DNA of 64,000 bases from Sphyrna mokarran (Eukaryota). Below are positions 11,440-23,095 of this stretch, one piece after another (positions within the stretch are counted from its first letter, which is position 1; every line of letters starts with the position of its first letter). The stretch covers positions 64,976,001 to 65,040,000 of the forward strand of contig JAGIQG010000012.1 of assembly GCA_024679065.1 (NCBI GenBank), in the 5' to 3' direction. A program made the position numbers and the translations under genes. The notes under the pieces were generated by a model, which searched no databases, was not told where the DNA came from, and was given only the letters and a program-made list of their open reading frames with translations.

Positions 11440-11453
11440 CCAGCAGAAGGCAG
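11440..11453 (+). promoter_or_regulatory. CTCF-like motif
   Basis: CCAGCAGAAGGCAG; 13/14 match to CCASYAGRKGGCRS, in a CpG-rich patch. Confidence 0.5.
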
Positions 11454-11899
11454 GACTAATTGTGGAGCCGGAGGGGCAGTTCGAGCGGATTACAGGAAAA
11501 AGTCTGGGGTTTGCTACACAATCAGGCGGGTAAAATCCGTCTATTTTTTTTTTCTCTCTTATACACACACACGGCCAAAAATCAAACTCCAATAAAAACC
11601 CTTCTATCTAAGCCAGCAAGGTACAAATTTATTCACTCTCTCGCAAAACTCACCAAGGCAAATCCACTCTATAGTCATATTCACACTGTCAGACATACTA
11701 AAACAAACTAAGAAAACTGCAAAAACCACACCATACACACACACACACACACAATCACTTCCTCACATTCGACATCAACTGATATACTTTTCTAATGAAA
11801 AGTTAACGACTTTTCAAACGTTAAGTCTGGTTCTTTCAGCACCTGAAAGTATTGCCAGATTTTCCTGTTTGCATTTCAGCAATCGCACACATTGATTCA

Positions 11900-12560
11900 T
11901 ATAACTACATCCTGGTAAGGAAGTTAATACATACAAGTTCATATAAGACCACAAATATGTACATACAATCTCACATACAATTGTAAACTTATACATACAA
12001 TCTCACATATTATCGGAAACTCGGGCATGCAAATTCATATACGATCAAAAAGCACGTACACATAATGTCATTTATACTGTACACGCATACATTCAATATT
12101 ATATGATAAAAGAATCATACATACAATGTCATACGTTCTCAAAAATGTAATGCATACAATCTAATATATGATCACAAGATCATATGTAGAATCTTACATA
12201 TGATTGTGAATTCATGCATACTATTTCATTGATAATCACAAACTTACATAGAATCTCACTTACAAAAACGATGTGCGAACACAGACCTATGCATGCAATC
12301 TCATACACAGACGCCAACACAAACCTATATACACATTGATATAGTCAAGCACATCTTCAGGAACTCAGATATGATCATATACTAATTAAGTTGAAATACA
12401 ATTAAAATGTGAAAGACACAATGATACATCAACCCAAGTTGATCCTCATAATGACACTTCCACATATAGCCACACGAACTCATGCACAAAGTAACACACT
12501 GAAATACAATTGAATTATTTCTTAGAATCACACACATGCAAAGAAATTAAACATCATGCA
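11900..12560. repeat. Highly decayed CA/TA-rich tandem repeat (~31-bp unit containing ATACATACAATCTCACATA)
   Basis: Recurrent catacaatctcacata-like motifs. Confidence 0.55.
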
Positions 12561-13849
12561 CAGATTCAAATGCTCACAGATTCAAATAAACCTGCAAAAT
12601 TAAATCACTAAAATGGACTAAATCAAACTCAAAACTAAAATAATGCTTTGCCATGTGTTGATATATTCACAATTTCAAATATGCCAACATTTCTGCAAAT
12701 GCAGAATCACAACTTTACACATACAATCGCGAATTCAATATGCATAGTCAAATATTCATACCTGCAGATGAAATGGCAAGTTTGGATCTCATATTGAATT
12801 AAGTCAGTGGAGAATAAAATCAGGAGGCATGTTACTATAGCTGGCTGACCCAAACCATTCCTGTTCCCATCGGATGCACTGAGGTGAAAACCAGAACTTT
12901 ACAAGCGGGAAAATGAACTTCTCAAAACCTTGCATATACCAAAGCAATCTCATAAACACAATCACACTCTCATAGATACCAATTTATGCATCAACACTCA
13001 TAGACCCAGAATTTGTGGTGCTAATAATGGTGAGATTGTCGGCAATGTATGTGGTGTTCACATATGCATATTCAATCACAAAATGCTGAAAATTGCTGCC
13101 AGAGATCATTTCCACCTTCATTAAATGCATTGTGGCAGTCGCCACTAATGGAACCAAGTTTGGATTCATTGCTTTGTTGTGAACTTCAATTAAGTTCCCA
13201 TGATTCTAGCAGGCTGCCAAACAAATGTCAAACTATTTTCAATTAGAAGTAGTTGAGTATTTAATGGGTACCAAATCAGATTTACTATTGAAAATAACCT
13301 GAACAAACTCTGAAAAACTATTTTACAAGTATGGAGAACATTTAAAAATCAAAGAGTTTTTTCAAAACATATTGAAGATACATATTTTTTAAAGTTGTGT
13401 TTTCAGAGTTAAGTTCCTCCTTTAATCCCTTGTCTGTGCCCCAGTTTTTATTTTGCATTTGGCACTATGAATTGGGTGTGATTTAGAATTCCATGCTCTT
13501 TGCTTTCTACTTTGCTGTCTGTGTGAATTGTTCAATCTGATTGGTCAATTAGTAAACCCCCCGCCTGCACCATCCTCCTCTGGCTGGACACCACAGATCT
13601 CTTGTAGAAGGTGTCAAATTCAAACTGATGTCAGAGTACAAGAAGTCTGCAGTCTAAATCCTGTTGAAATTTTGTGGCCAATTGTATTCAATGTCAGCAG
13701 TGAGCATCACTCCTTCAATGTTGGTTACAGAACTTGAAAATTAGCTGCATTCATATTCTTATGCACTGATACCAACTCATAGGCTCAATCACATACTTGT
13801 ATACATCTAAGATGCTACAATTAAAAATAGAATATAATACATAAGCCAA

Positions 13850-14280
13850 TACTATGGATACTGGATTTCTGAATAAAAAGCATGAAATATTGGAAATATT
13901 TGGCATGTTAGTCAGCATTCACAAGAGATGTTGAAAGGTCACTAGTGTGAAATGTTAACTTTGACCCTTTCTCCACAAAAACTGCCTGACCAGTTGAATA
14001 TTTCCAGCATTTTCTGTGCAATAAAATACAACCTTTTTGGGCAACATAGCCCAAAGCCTACCATAAATACAAGCCAAATGCTGTAGATGCTGGAAATCTG
14101 AAATAAAGATGGAAAATGCTGGGAAAACATGACTGGTCTGGCAGCATCTGTGGGGAGAGAAACAGAGTTAACCTTTCAAATCTATATGACTTCTTCACAG
14201 ACTCAAAAGGTTAACTCTGTTTTCGTACCACAGATGCTGTCAGATCTGCTGACCTTTCCAGCTATTTCTGTTCTTATTCT
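13850..14280. mobile_element. Two adjacent fold-back elements derived from a second Penelope pseudo-LTR family
   Basis: Arms include a perfect 17-bp pair, AAACAGAGTTAACCTTT (14160-14176) / AAAGGTTAACTCTGTTT (14206-14222), and CAGCATCTGTGG / CCACAGATGCTG. Decayed hammerhead cores lie in the centre. Confidence 0.7.
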
Positions 14281-14789
14281 AAAACATACCATGACCATCA
14301 ATAACTGTATCATTGAATGCTAATTTGAGAACAACACATCATTGATGTAATCTGATAGCAAGTTAAAATGTGTAAAAATCATTTAGGTATTGTGCCCTTT
14401 TCCAGCACAGATGAGCAATTGATCTGTCCTTTCATTTAATGTTGCTAAGCATTGTCATCAGTGTGTATCAATCTGCACAGTGAAGAACTACTGCACCTAT
14501 GTTTAGTTTACTTTTCTCTTTGAGGAGTGTCAATTGTTTTGGTATCTTCTTCCTTCTCCAGTTAGGAATGGTTTATGTGGATGTACTTTTACAAATATGA
14601 GATTGAAGCCATATAATAAATTTTATCTCCACAACATAGTTCTTTCCTGAGTCTCATTTGGTAAAAAGCATTATGTACCTGAGCTCTGAAGACCAGAAGC
14701 TGATCTCAGGTGGAGTGGCAGCAGGGAACTATAACTAGCCGCTAAAAGGGAAAAGTCACAGTTTCAGCCCTCACCCCTAACCTCCTGAT

Positions 14790-15105
14790 TGGGATGGCAC
14801 AATGGTAAGCAATCCTGCCTCACAGCACAAGGGACTCGGCTTTAATTTTGGCCTTGGTTGATTGTGTGAAGTCTGCACGTTGTCCCCATGTCTGAGTGGG
14901 TTTCCTTCAGGTGCTCCAGTTTCCTCCCACAGACCAGAGGTTAGGCCTTGTTAAACTGTCCCTTAGTGCCCTAAGTTATGTTGGTGAGGTGGATTAAGGG
15001 GTCTGCAGATCGGGTAGGGGAGATTGGTTGTGTGTGTGGGCCAGGGTAAGATACTGAGTCAGTGCAAACCTGATGGACTGAATGACCTCCTCTTGCACTG
15101 CAGTG
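14790..15105 (+). mobile_element. HE1-like SINE with CR1-derived tail
   Basis: tRNA-like head, V-type core GTGGGTTTCC...TTTCCTCCCACAG, tail GATGGACTGAATGACCTCCT. Confidence 0.8.
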
Positions 15106-15549
15106 CTTCAATGGTACTGTGATCCAGGTGTGGATATCAGCTGAGGACAGTGCTGGGCTCTTGTCTGATAAATGGCCACAAATGATAATCAAACGCCTAA
15201 AAGGATGTGATACCTTCAGGAAATTATAAAGGAATCAAAGGGAGAAAATTAACGAACTCTTTATGAGAAATAAAAATACATTGGTTAATTTGGTGTAGGA
15301 GTTAAGATTGCTGAGTGTAACCTGCAGAACTGATTCTCATTTTGACACTTTCAAATATCATGCAATCTAGCCACTCATAATTAACAAGATTTTTATCTGG
15401 CTGTGATGCATTCTATTTTATTTTCTTTAATGATGTACTGAAGATGGTGTTCTGGGATGTGTCAGGTGCCATACACAACTGAGCTCTGATAGAACCGGCA
15501 GATAGCACTGAGCACAGCAGCAACAGAGTTCTGTGCATGCAGACAGGTA

Positions 15550-15850
15550 AGTTTAAGTTTATTTATCAGTGTTACAAGTAGGCTTACATTAACACTGCAA
15601 TGAAGTTACTGTGAAAATCTCCTAGTTGCCATATTCCAGTGCCTGTTCGTGTACACTAAGGGAGAATTTAGCACCTAACCTGCACACCTTTCAGACTGTG
15701 GGAGGAAACTCAGAGCACCTGGAGGAAACCCATGCAGACACAGGGAAAATGTGCAGACTCTGCACAGACTGTCACCCAAACTGAGAATCAAACCGAGATC
15801 TCTAGCGGTGTGAGACAGCAGTGCTGACCATTGTGCTGTCGTGCCATCCC
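15550..15850 (-). mobile_element. tRNA-derived SINE (HE1-like/V-SINE)
   Basis: Same family as 10676-10968 (ACAAGTAGGCTTACATTAACACTGCAATGAAGTTACTGTGAAAATC). Confidence 0.9.
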
Positions 15851-16027
15851 TTATCTATGGACACCAGGTTAATTGGGAGCATTCAATTTCTTCTGGCATT
15901 GAAATTATTTCAAATCTTTAACAGCTGCAACATAGGATGTCAGGTAACAAAAACAACATCCTAAACATATTCACAACCAATGGATCAGGTCAACATTCTG
16001 CGCCTTGCCCAATGAGTTATAAACTGG

Positions 16028-16155
16028 TCAGCTTTGACAAAGGATCATTCAGACTCAAAACATTGGCTCTATTCTCTTCACAGATGCTGTCAGGCCTGCT
16101 GAGATTTTCCAGCATTTTTGGCTTTTGTCTCAGATTCTGCAGTATTTTGCCTTTA
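16028..16155 (+). mobile_element. Solo PLE pseudo-LTR fragment with decayed hammerhead
   Basis: TTGACAAAGGATCATTCAGACTCAAAACATTGGCT followed by CACAGATGCTGTCAGGCCTGCTGAGATTTTCCAGCATTTT. Confidence 0.65.
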
Positions 16156-16199
16156 TCAGTCATAAATAATGGACAAATAAGCAACTAACAAGAGAAAGA

Positions 16200-16665
16200 G
16201 TGTATGAACATCCCTATCTTCAATAATGTCAGAGCACAACATGTGCATGCAGAAGATCAGGTGAAAACTATCTTCAGCTCAAAGAACCAACTGAAAGTTT
16301 CTTCTCCAGTTACTTAAGAAGTTACCACCATCACAGATGCCAATCTTTAGCTCATTTCACTCATTCCACATGATACTGAGGAACTGCTGCATACCAAAAG
16401 GGGCTGTGAGTTCTGACCACAACTAGGTTGCAGTGCTGAAAGTCTGTGCTCCAGAGCTTCTAATTTAGTTGTTCTATTTCAATTGCAACATTGGCATCTA
16501 TCTAAAAATGTGGAAAATGGTTGACCAATGCCCAGTCCATAAAAAGTGGATCAAATATAACCCAACTAATTACACTCTTTCTACTACTTCCAAAATTCCA
16601 ATTGTCAGCAAAGTGATGGGAGGAGTTATCAACAGCAATATTAATGCTCTGTTCACCAATGCTTA
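16200..16665 (+). mobile_element. Decayed CR1/L2-group LINE reverse-transcriptase fragment
   Basis: ORF remnant GIYLKMWK...CPVHKK...NPTNY...IVSKVMGGVIN resembles the WKxAxVxPxxKK...NYRPISLL...SKxxE motif at the start of non-LTR RT. Confidence 0.75.
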
Positions 16666-16854
16666 ACTTTAGCAGGAACTCTGAACTTAGTGTGCTGTTA
16701 CACCTCAATGAACAAGGTGTAAATTTTCTAGTGTTTTTTTTCCTGGAGATATCGTAAAAGGGCAAGTTCTTATTCATTCAGTTGACTGCAACTGGTGAAA
16801 ATTTCAGCCAAATATACTCTTTGGGGAAACATAGAATCATTGTAATCAACTTCA

Positions 16855-16960
16855 GGCTTTGATAAAGGGTCATCTGAACTCAAAATGTCAGCTCTTTTCT
16901 CTCCTTACTAATGCTGCCAGACATGCTAAGATTTTCCAGCATTTTCTCTTTTGATTTCAG
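16855..16960 (+). mobile_element. Solo PLE pseudo-LTR fragment with decayed hammerhead
   Basis: TTGATAAAGGGTCATCTGAACTCAAAATGTCAGCT...ATGCTGCCAGACATGCTAAGATTTTCCAGCATTTT; same family as the 16028 copy. Confidence 0.65.
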
Positions 16961-18944
16961 GAACTCAGTGCACTTGTTGACTCCAGAATTTGCTCTCAGC
17001 TTCAGAAGCATAATGCTTACAAATGCTGACAGATTTTCTGTCATTATCAGTGCAGGGTCCAGACCATGATCCCAACAGGGAAGATTGGTTCACCAACTGA
17101 CTGGTCCTCTCTACCATTTCTGAAGTAGCATAACTTCTGTAATAATAGTTTTATTTTCCCAGCCAATTTATTTTCCATTCCCAGAGTTTTCAGACCTTTG
17201 AGTCTGACCAATAGCCTTTTTTGTTCAGTGTCAATGCTCTTTGATATTAAATTTTTAACAGCTCACATGAGATATTATTTCCTTTATGAAGTTAAGAAAG
17301 TTGGACAGACATGTCTTCTTCCATCAGCAATCCATGTTGAATTAACTAGGTTATCATTGTATTATTAGTGGTTATTAATGGCTTTCATATCTTCCCTGCA
17401 CTGGAAAATTATTTTTCCATTATGCATGACATCTACTTCTCTGCACTTTTCTAGATCTCTTGTTTGTCTCTTTGGTTATGCTTTTAAGTAGCTTAAATAG
17501 TTTATTCTTTTACATGATGTGGACAATGTTGGCCAGGCCAGTATTTATTGCCTATCCCTAGTTGCCCTTCAGAACCACTGAAGCCCTGATGTGAAGTCTT
17601 CCCAATGATTTTCCCTCATCTCATTTTCCAGAGGAGGTCATTGTCCTCCTGACATTGCTTTCAATGTACTTCTAAATCCATTTGGACTTCCATTGGTTTT
17701 TACCGGTTTGGTGAGTTTTGCTTTTATCTGGCAAGCCAGCATTATATTTTTAAAGGGAGTCCACTTGTTCTTTACTGAAATGTTGATTTAAAAAAAACGT
17801 TCGATATATCCGTTTGTTTTTAGCTATTCCCCAAGTTACTTTAATTTAATCCTTTTATTTGCTTCCTGATCTTCCAATAACTTTATTATTTTGTTCCCAG
17901 AGATGTTAATGCTTCCATTATCTGGAAATGATTCAAGTACATCTTTGTCACACAGAATCATACAATTCCAAACCATTAAGTTGTCCTGGTTTATTTTTGG
18001 TCGACTGACCCTTCTCTTTGAAATAACTTTTCTGCTCTCACCTTATAAACACAAATACAACACATGCACAACCACAGATTTGTATTGATATCTCAGAAAC
18101 CTATTCGGAAACAAATTCTCACAGCAGATTGTAATATATCCATAGAAGTTGCAAGTCATTTGGCTCACTCAGATCTTAACTGGTATTTACCCTTCATTTA
18201 CATATAACCAAGAACAGCATATCACACTTTCAAAACCTTATGCCCCCATTCTTACTTCATTTTCATTCATGGAATGAGAGATTGAAGTATTTATGTGAGA
18301 GTTGAATAATGATTTAAGAAAACAAGAACAGTTTAAACACAAATTCACAAAAAAGGAAACAGTTTACAAGTAGATATGAAATATTTCCTGCCCAAACACA
18401 CAATTTGTTAAATTGATTTACACTTCCAAAACTAATCTCACCAATCATCAGACACATAACTTAAACTTCTAACATTTGCAAAGATCACTCAGCGACGCAG
18501 CTAATAAATCCATATGTTTAGAAGTATACTGGCAGGATGATATATGAATAGGCAGCAAATATACCCGCTGACATTTAATCACACCTTGTCATATCTTCTC
18601 AACAGAAGAATTCTATATGCATGATTTTCTTGCAGATCTTCTCTACTTGGAGCTGGCAGTTTGCAGTGTCGATGGTAGTCATGATGTGGAGATGCCAATT
18701 TTATATGCGCAATCTTCTTGGAGATCCTCTCCACTTGGAGCTCTCCACATCATATCCTCTCAACCACAAACTTGCTGGCTTGTACAGTGCATGATGATTT
18801 AATGTCTACCTTCAAGAGTGAGTATGTTTCTGGCTGGGCCAGAAATCACACCAGAAAAACGGTAGCTACCAAAAATAGAAATCATGGTCAACATTGTCTC
18901 GTTTCAATTGCCCAATGGGATAGGGGTGGAATTTTCTTCCCATT

Positions 18945-19275
18945 GGGTGGCAAGTGGCACAGAGTTTAGCACTGCTGCCTTACAGCACCAGGGACCCAGG
19001 TTCAATTCCGGCCTTGGGTCACTGTCTGTGTGGAGTTTACACATTCTCCCTGTATCTGTGTGGGTTTTCTCCGGCTGCTCCGGTTTTCTCCCACACCTCC
19101 AAAGATGTGCAGGTTAGGTTGACTGGCTATAATAAATTGCTCCTCAGTGTCAGGGGGATTAGAAAGGTTAAATATGTGGAATTACGGGGATAGAACCTGG
19201 GTGGGATTGTTGTCGGAGCAGACTCGATGGGCCAAATGATCTTTTTCTGAAGTAGGTTCTCTGATTCTATGATTC
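18945..19275 (+). mobile_element. HE1-like SINE with CR1-derived tail
   Basis: TAGCACTGCTGCCTTACAGCACCAGGGACCCAGGTTCAATTCCGGCCTTGGGTCACTG head; GACTCGATGGGCCAAATG and GATTCTAT tail. Confidence 0.9.
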
Positions 19276-19924
19276 ATTGCCCTTAGGTTTTTAATAATTT
19301 TCACTTCACTGCTGAGTCTGCATGGAACCTAGTGGGTAATGAACCTCTTGACCTGATGCATTAGACCGGGGCAATCTGGATGGACCAGCTGGTCTTTTTC
19401 TATCCAGTGTTATTCCATGTGCATAAAAACACTTGAACTCATCAACTCACAAGCATGCATAAAAACACCTACAATCTGCAGAATTCTGAGTACAGACAGA
19501 AACCTACTGGTCTCAGCACATTCAGCCGTGCCAGAAGCAGACCTACATATAGATCTAAACCTATTTAGATTTGGAAGAGACAATTTCATTTTTGGAATTG
19601 TATGTTTGCGTTTTTCTGAGAATGAAATGAAATTAATTTTTTTTAATTGCACAGGTCTGTGCTGAGCATGTACACATGAGAAGAAGGATATCACAGCCAC
19701 CTCACTCTTCAATTGATAGTTACGTTCGACTTGGGGCCAGGTGAGTTGGAATATCACCCGGAAAGGGTTTCTACCATAGTCCCATCTTCACTTTCACCAC
19801 CCCAATTTCGGTGGGATCTGTTGGAAGCATATATGATACTGACCCACTTTATGGACATTTTGAATGAAGATACAAATTTGGGAAATGAATTTTCAAAGTT
19901 ATATTATTGTATTATAAGTATCAT

Positions 19925-20420
19925 AGAAAGAATATTACTGAACTAGAAAGAGGACAGAAAAGATTTACTAGGATGCTACCGGGACTTGGTGGTTTGAGTT
20001 ATAAGGTGAGGCTGGATAGTCTGGGTCTTTCTCCTCTGGAGTGTAGAAGGGTTAGGCGTGATCTTATAGAGATCTATAAAATAATGAGGGGCATAGGTCA
20101 ACTGGATAGTCAATATCTTCTCCCAAATGTACAGGAGTCTAAAACTAGAGGGCATAGGTTTAAGGAGAGATGCAAAAGGGTCCAGAGGGGCAATTTTTTC
20201 ACACAGAGGGTGGTGAGTGCTGGAAGAAGCTGCTAAAGAGGTGAACACAATTTTGTCTTTTAAAAAGTGTTTAGACAGTTACATGGGTAAGACAGGTATG
20301 AAAGGATATGGGCAAAAGCAGGTAATTGGGATTAGTTTAGGGATTAAAAAAGGGATGGCATGGACAAGTTGGACTGAAGGGCCTGTTTTGATGCTGTAAA
20401 ACTTTATGACTCCATGACTG
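19925..20420 (+). mobile_element. CR1 LINE 3' fragment (ORF2 C-terminus plus 3' UTR)
   Basis: LERGQKRFTRMLPGLGGLSYKVRLDSLGL...RRVRRDLIEIYKIMRG...TRGHRFK...FFTQRVV; 8-bp tail ATGACTCC. Confidence 0.92.
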
Positions 20421-20693
20421 TATAAGTTCTATTCCATTTAAGTTATTGCAATAGAAAAGAGTGAGGGTTACTTGTTAGTCCCTGATATCCAGCTCTACCA
20501 GCATGGGAACAAATTTGTCTTTCCTGGTCAGAAAGATTATAGAATTACAGAATTAAGATTATAGAATTCCTGAATAAGTGATGCATTGCACAGGCTACAG
20601 CATGAAGGGAAAATGTTTGAAAATTAAAGTCGCTTGTTTTGCTGGCATCTGATAAACTATAAGAATATTTAACCCAGGGCTAATGCTCCTGGA

Positions 20694-21045
20694 GGGGCAA
20701 TGGTATAATGGTATTATTGCTCAACCATTAATCCAGAAACTCAGCTAATGTCCTGGAAATCTGGGATCAAATTCCTTCACAGCAGATTATGGAATCTGAA
20801 TTCAATATAATATCTGGAATTAAGAATCTGCTGATGACCATGAAACCATTGTCGATTGTTGGAAAAACCCACCTGGTTCACTGATGTAATTTAGGGAAGG
20901 AAATCTGCCATGTTTACCTGGTCTGGCCTACATATGACTCCAGAGCCACAGCCATGTGATTAACTCTTAATTGCCCTTGGGCAACTAGGGATTGGCAATA
21001 AATGCTGGCTGGAAAACAATGTCCATGTCCCATGAATGAATTTTA
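20694..21045 (+). mobile_element. tRNA-derived SINE, second family
   Basis: Homologous to 10388-10670; tail GGGCAACTAGGGATTGGCAATAAATGCTGGC...CCCATGAATGAAT. Confidence 0.8.
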
Positions 21046-21299
21046 AAAAAGCCCCCTCTTCTAATTTGGCAGGACTCTACAGCAGATATGAGAGAGTTTT
21101 CTTCCAACACAGAAGTAATTCTGATTGAGCTCGTCTCATTCTTTCTGGTAATGAGGGAAATGTAAGAGTAAGAGGCTGGGCATGCAAAGGAGAAATCTTC
21201 TATGACTCTTCTCCTGCAAAATAGAAATGACATTTTGGATATTGTTAGAGGGGAATAGCCTCTCAGGGCTGCCAAATTCACTACACCATGGTTGGCTCT

Positions 21300-21547
21300 A
21301 CAGTATAGTTGAAGATTAAAACGTAAGGGAATGCAATAGTTATAGGTATTACTGTAGCTGCAAAAGAGATTCCAGGATGGTATAATGCCTCTCTGTTGAA
21401 GGCTACCTCAGAAAGTCTACATGACATTCTGAAGGGACTAAATAGCTGAGGGTACTCAATACTTACAAAGGTCAGACCAAAGGAAAAGATGATGGTGCTG
21501 CATTGCTGATTAAAGAGGAAATTAATACAATAATGAGGAAAGATATT
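21300..21547 (+). mobile_element. Deleted CR1 ORF1/endonuclease fragments
   Basis: GATTCCAGGATGGTA...GACATTCTGAAGGG (ORF1-like) and GCATTGCTGATTAAAGAGGAAATTAATACAATA (endonuclease-like); probably the same element as 22140-23095. Confidence 0.55.
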
Positions 21548-22080
21548 GGGGGTGATTTTCCAATCCTTCTGCACTGCTTCTATTGCACAGCGGGCCGGAG
21601 ACGCAAGTGGAGCCGTTTTGCAGGTTCCCCGCTGGGCGCCACAGCCTTCGTGCATCTCCCAGCACTAGATTTTTGGCACCTGCAGCTTTGTGCCAGAAAT
21701 GGTGTGGAGCTGCTTAATGTATTCAAAGCCTCATTTGAATATCATTTCAATCCCATTAACAGACTCGGGAATGAAATCTCCAGGCCTGCGAGTCTCCTCA
21801 TCCTCCCTGCCAGGAATGGTTAGTATAGCTCCCCTCCCGACCCCACTGGGGTGAAAAGAGGGCAAGTGAGACCTCCACAAAGGGCTGAGCACTTGGGCAG
21901 TGCCAACCTGACCCCCTGGCATTGCCCAAGCAGCAAAGTCCAGTGCCTAGGGGGCATCTTGGCACTGTCCTTCAGGTATCGGGCCAATGGGGTAGGGCGT
22001 AATGGGGCAGGGCCTGAGAGGGACGGGGTCTCTGGGGACGATCGATGGGGGCAGGTGTCCTGCTGCCATTTGGCATTTGG
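21548..22080. mobile_element. GC-rich non-autonomous DNA-transposon-like insertion
   Basis: Abrupt GC-rich block starting GGGGGTGATTTTCC, a terminus resembling the MITE at 61960. It interrupts CR1 sequence. The right terminus was not identified. Confidence 0.45.
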
Positions 22081-22139
22081 GCTGAGTGACAGAGTGATAC
22101 ATGTGACAATAATAAATCAAATCAAAAAGGAAATCATGT

Positions 22140-23095
22140 TAAGAAAGAAGTGGTGTTGGGGAAATTGATGGGATTGAATAAACCCCCAGGATCTAGTGAT
22201 ATATATTGCAGAATATTTAAGGAAGTGGCCCTAGAAATAGTGGGTGCATTGATGGTCATCTTTCAAGATTCGATAGACTCTGGAACAGTTTCTACAGATT
22301 GGACGGTAGCTAATGTAACCTCACTATTGAAAAAGGGAGGTGGAGAGAAAACAAGGAATTTTAGATCAGTTAGCCTGACATTAATAGTGGGGAAAATGCA
22401 AGAGTCCATTATCAAAAATTTTATAGCAGAGATCTTGGAAAACAGTCATAGAATCAGACAGTCAGCATGGATTTGCAAAAGGGAAATCACATTTGACAAA
22501 TTTACTGGAGTTCTTTGAAGATGCAGCTAGTAGAGTTGATAAGGAAGAGCCAGTTAATGTGGTTTATTTGAACTTTCAGAAGGCTTTCAACAAAGTTCCA
22601 CATAAGAGATTTTTAGCGTGTAAAAATTAAAACATATGAGATTGGGGGTAGTGAATTGAGATGGATAGAAAGTTAGCTGGCAGACAGGAAACAGTAGGAA
22701 TAAACAGGTCTTTTTCTAAGTGGCAGGTAGTGACTGGTGGGGCACCATATGGATCAATGCTAAGGCCTTAACTATTCACAATATATATTAATGATTTAGA
22801 TGAGGGAACTAAATATAATGTCTCCAAATTTGCAGATGACTCAAAGCTGGGTGGGAGGGGGAGCTGTAAGGAGAATGCAAAGATGCTTCAGTGTGATTTG
22901 GACAAACTAAGTGAGTGGGCAAATGAATGGCAGGTGCAATATAAGGTGGGCAAATGTGAGGTAATCCACTTTGGTAGCAAAAACAGGAAGGCAAGTTATT
23001 ATCTCAATGGCTACAAATTGAGAGACAGGAGCGTGCAATAAGACCAGGGTGTCCTCGTACACCGATCAAAGAAGGTAAGTATGCAGATGCAGCAG
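22140..23095 (+). mobile_element. CR1 LINE ORF2 reverse-transcriptase fragment (pseudogenised)
   Basis: IFKEVALEIVGALMVIFQDSIDSGTVSTDWTVANVTSLLKKGG...NFRSVSLTLIVGKMQESII; later [16 protein letters not shown] and SKFADDSKLG (FADD motif); frameshifts present. Confidence 0.93.
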
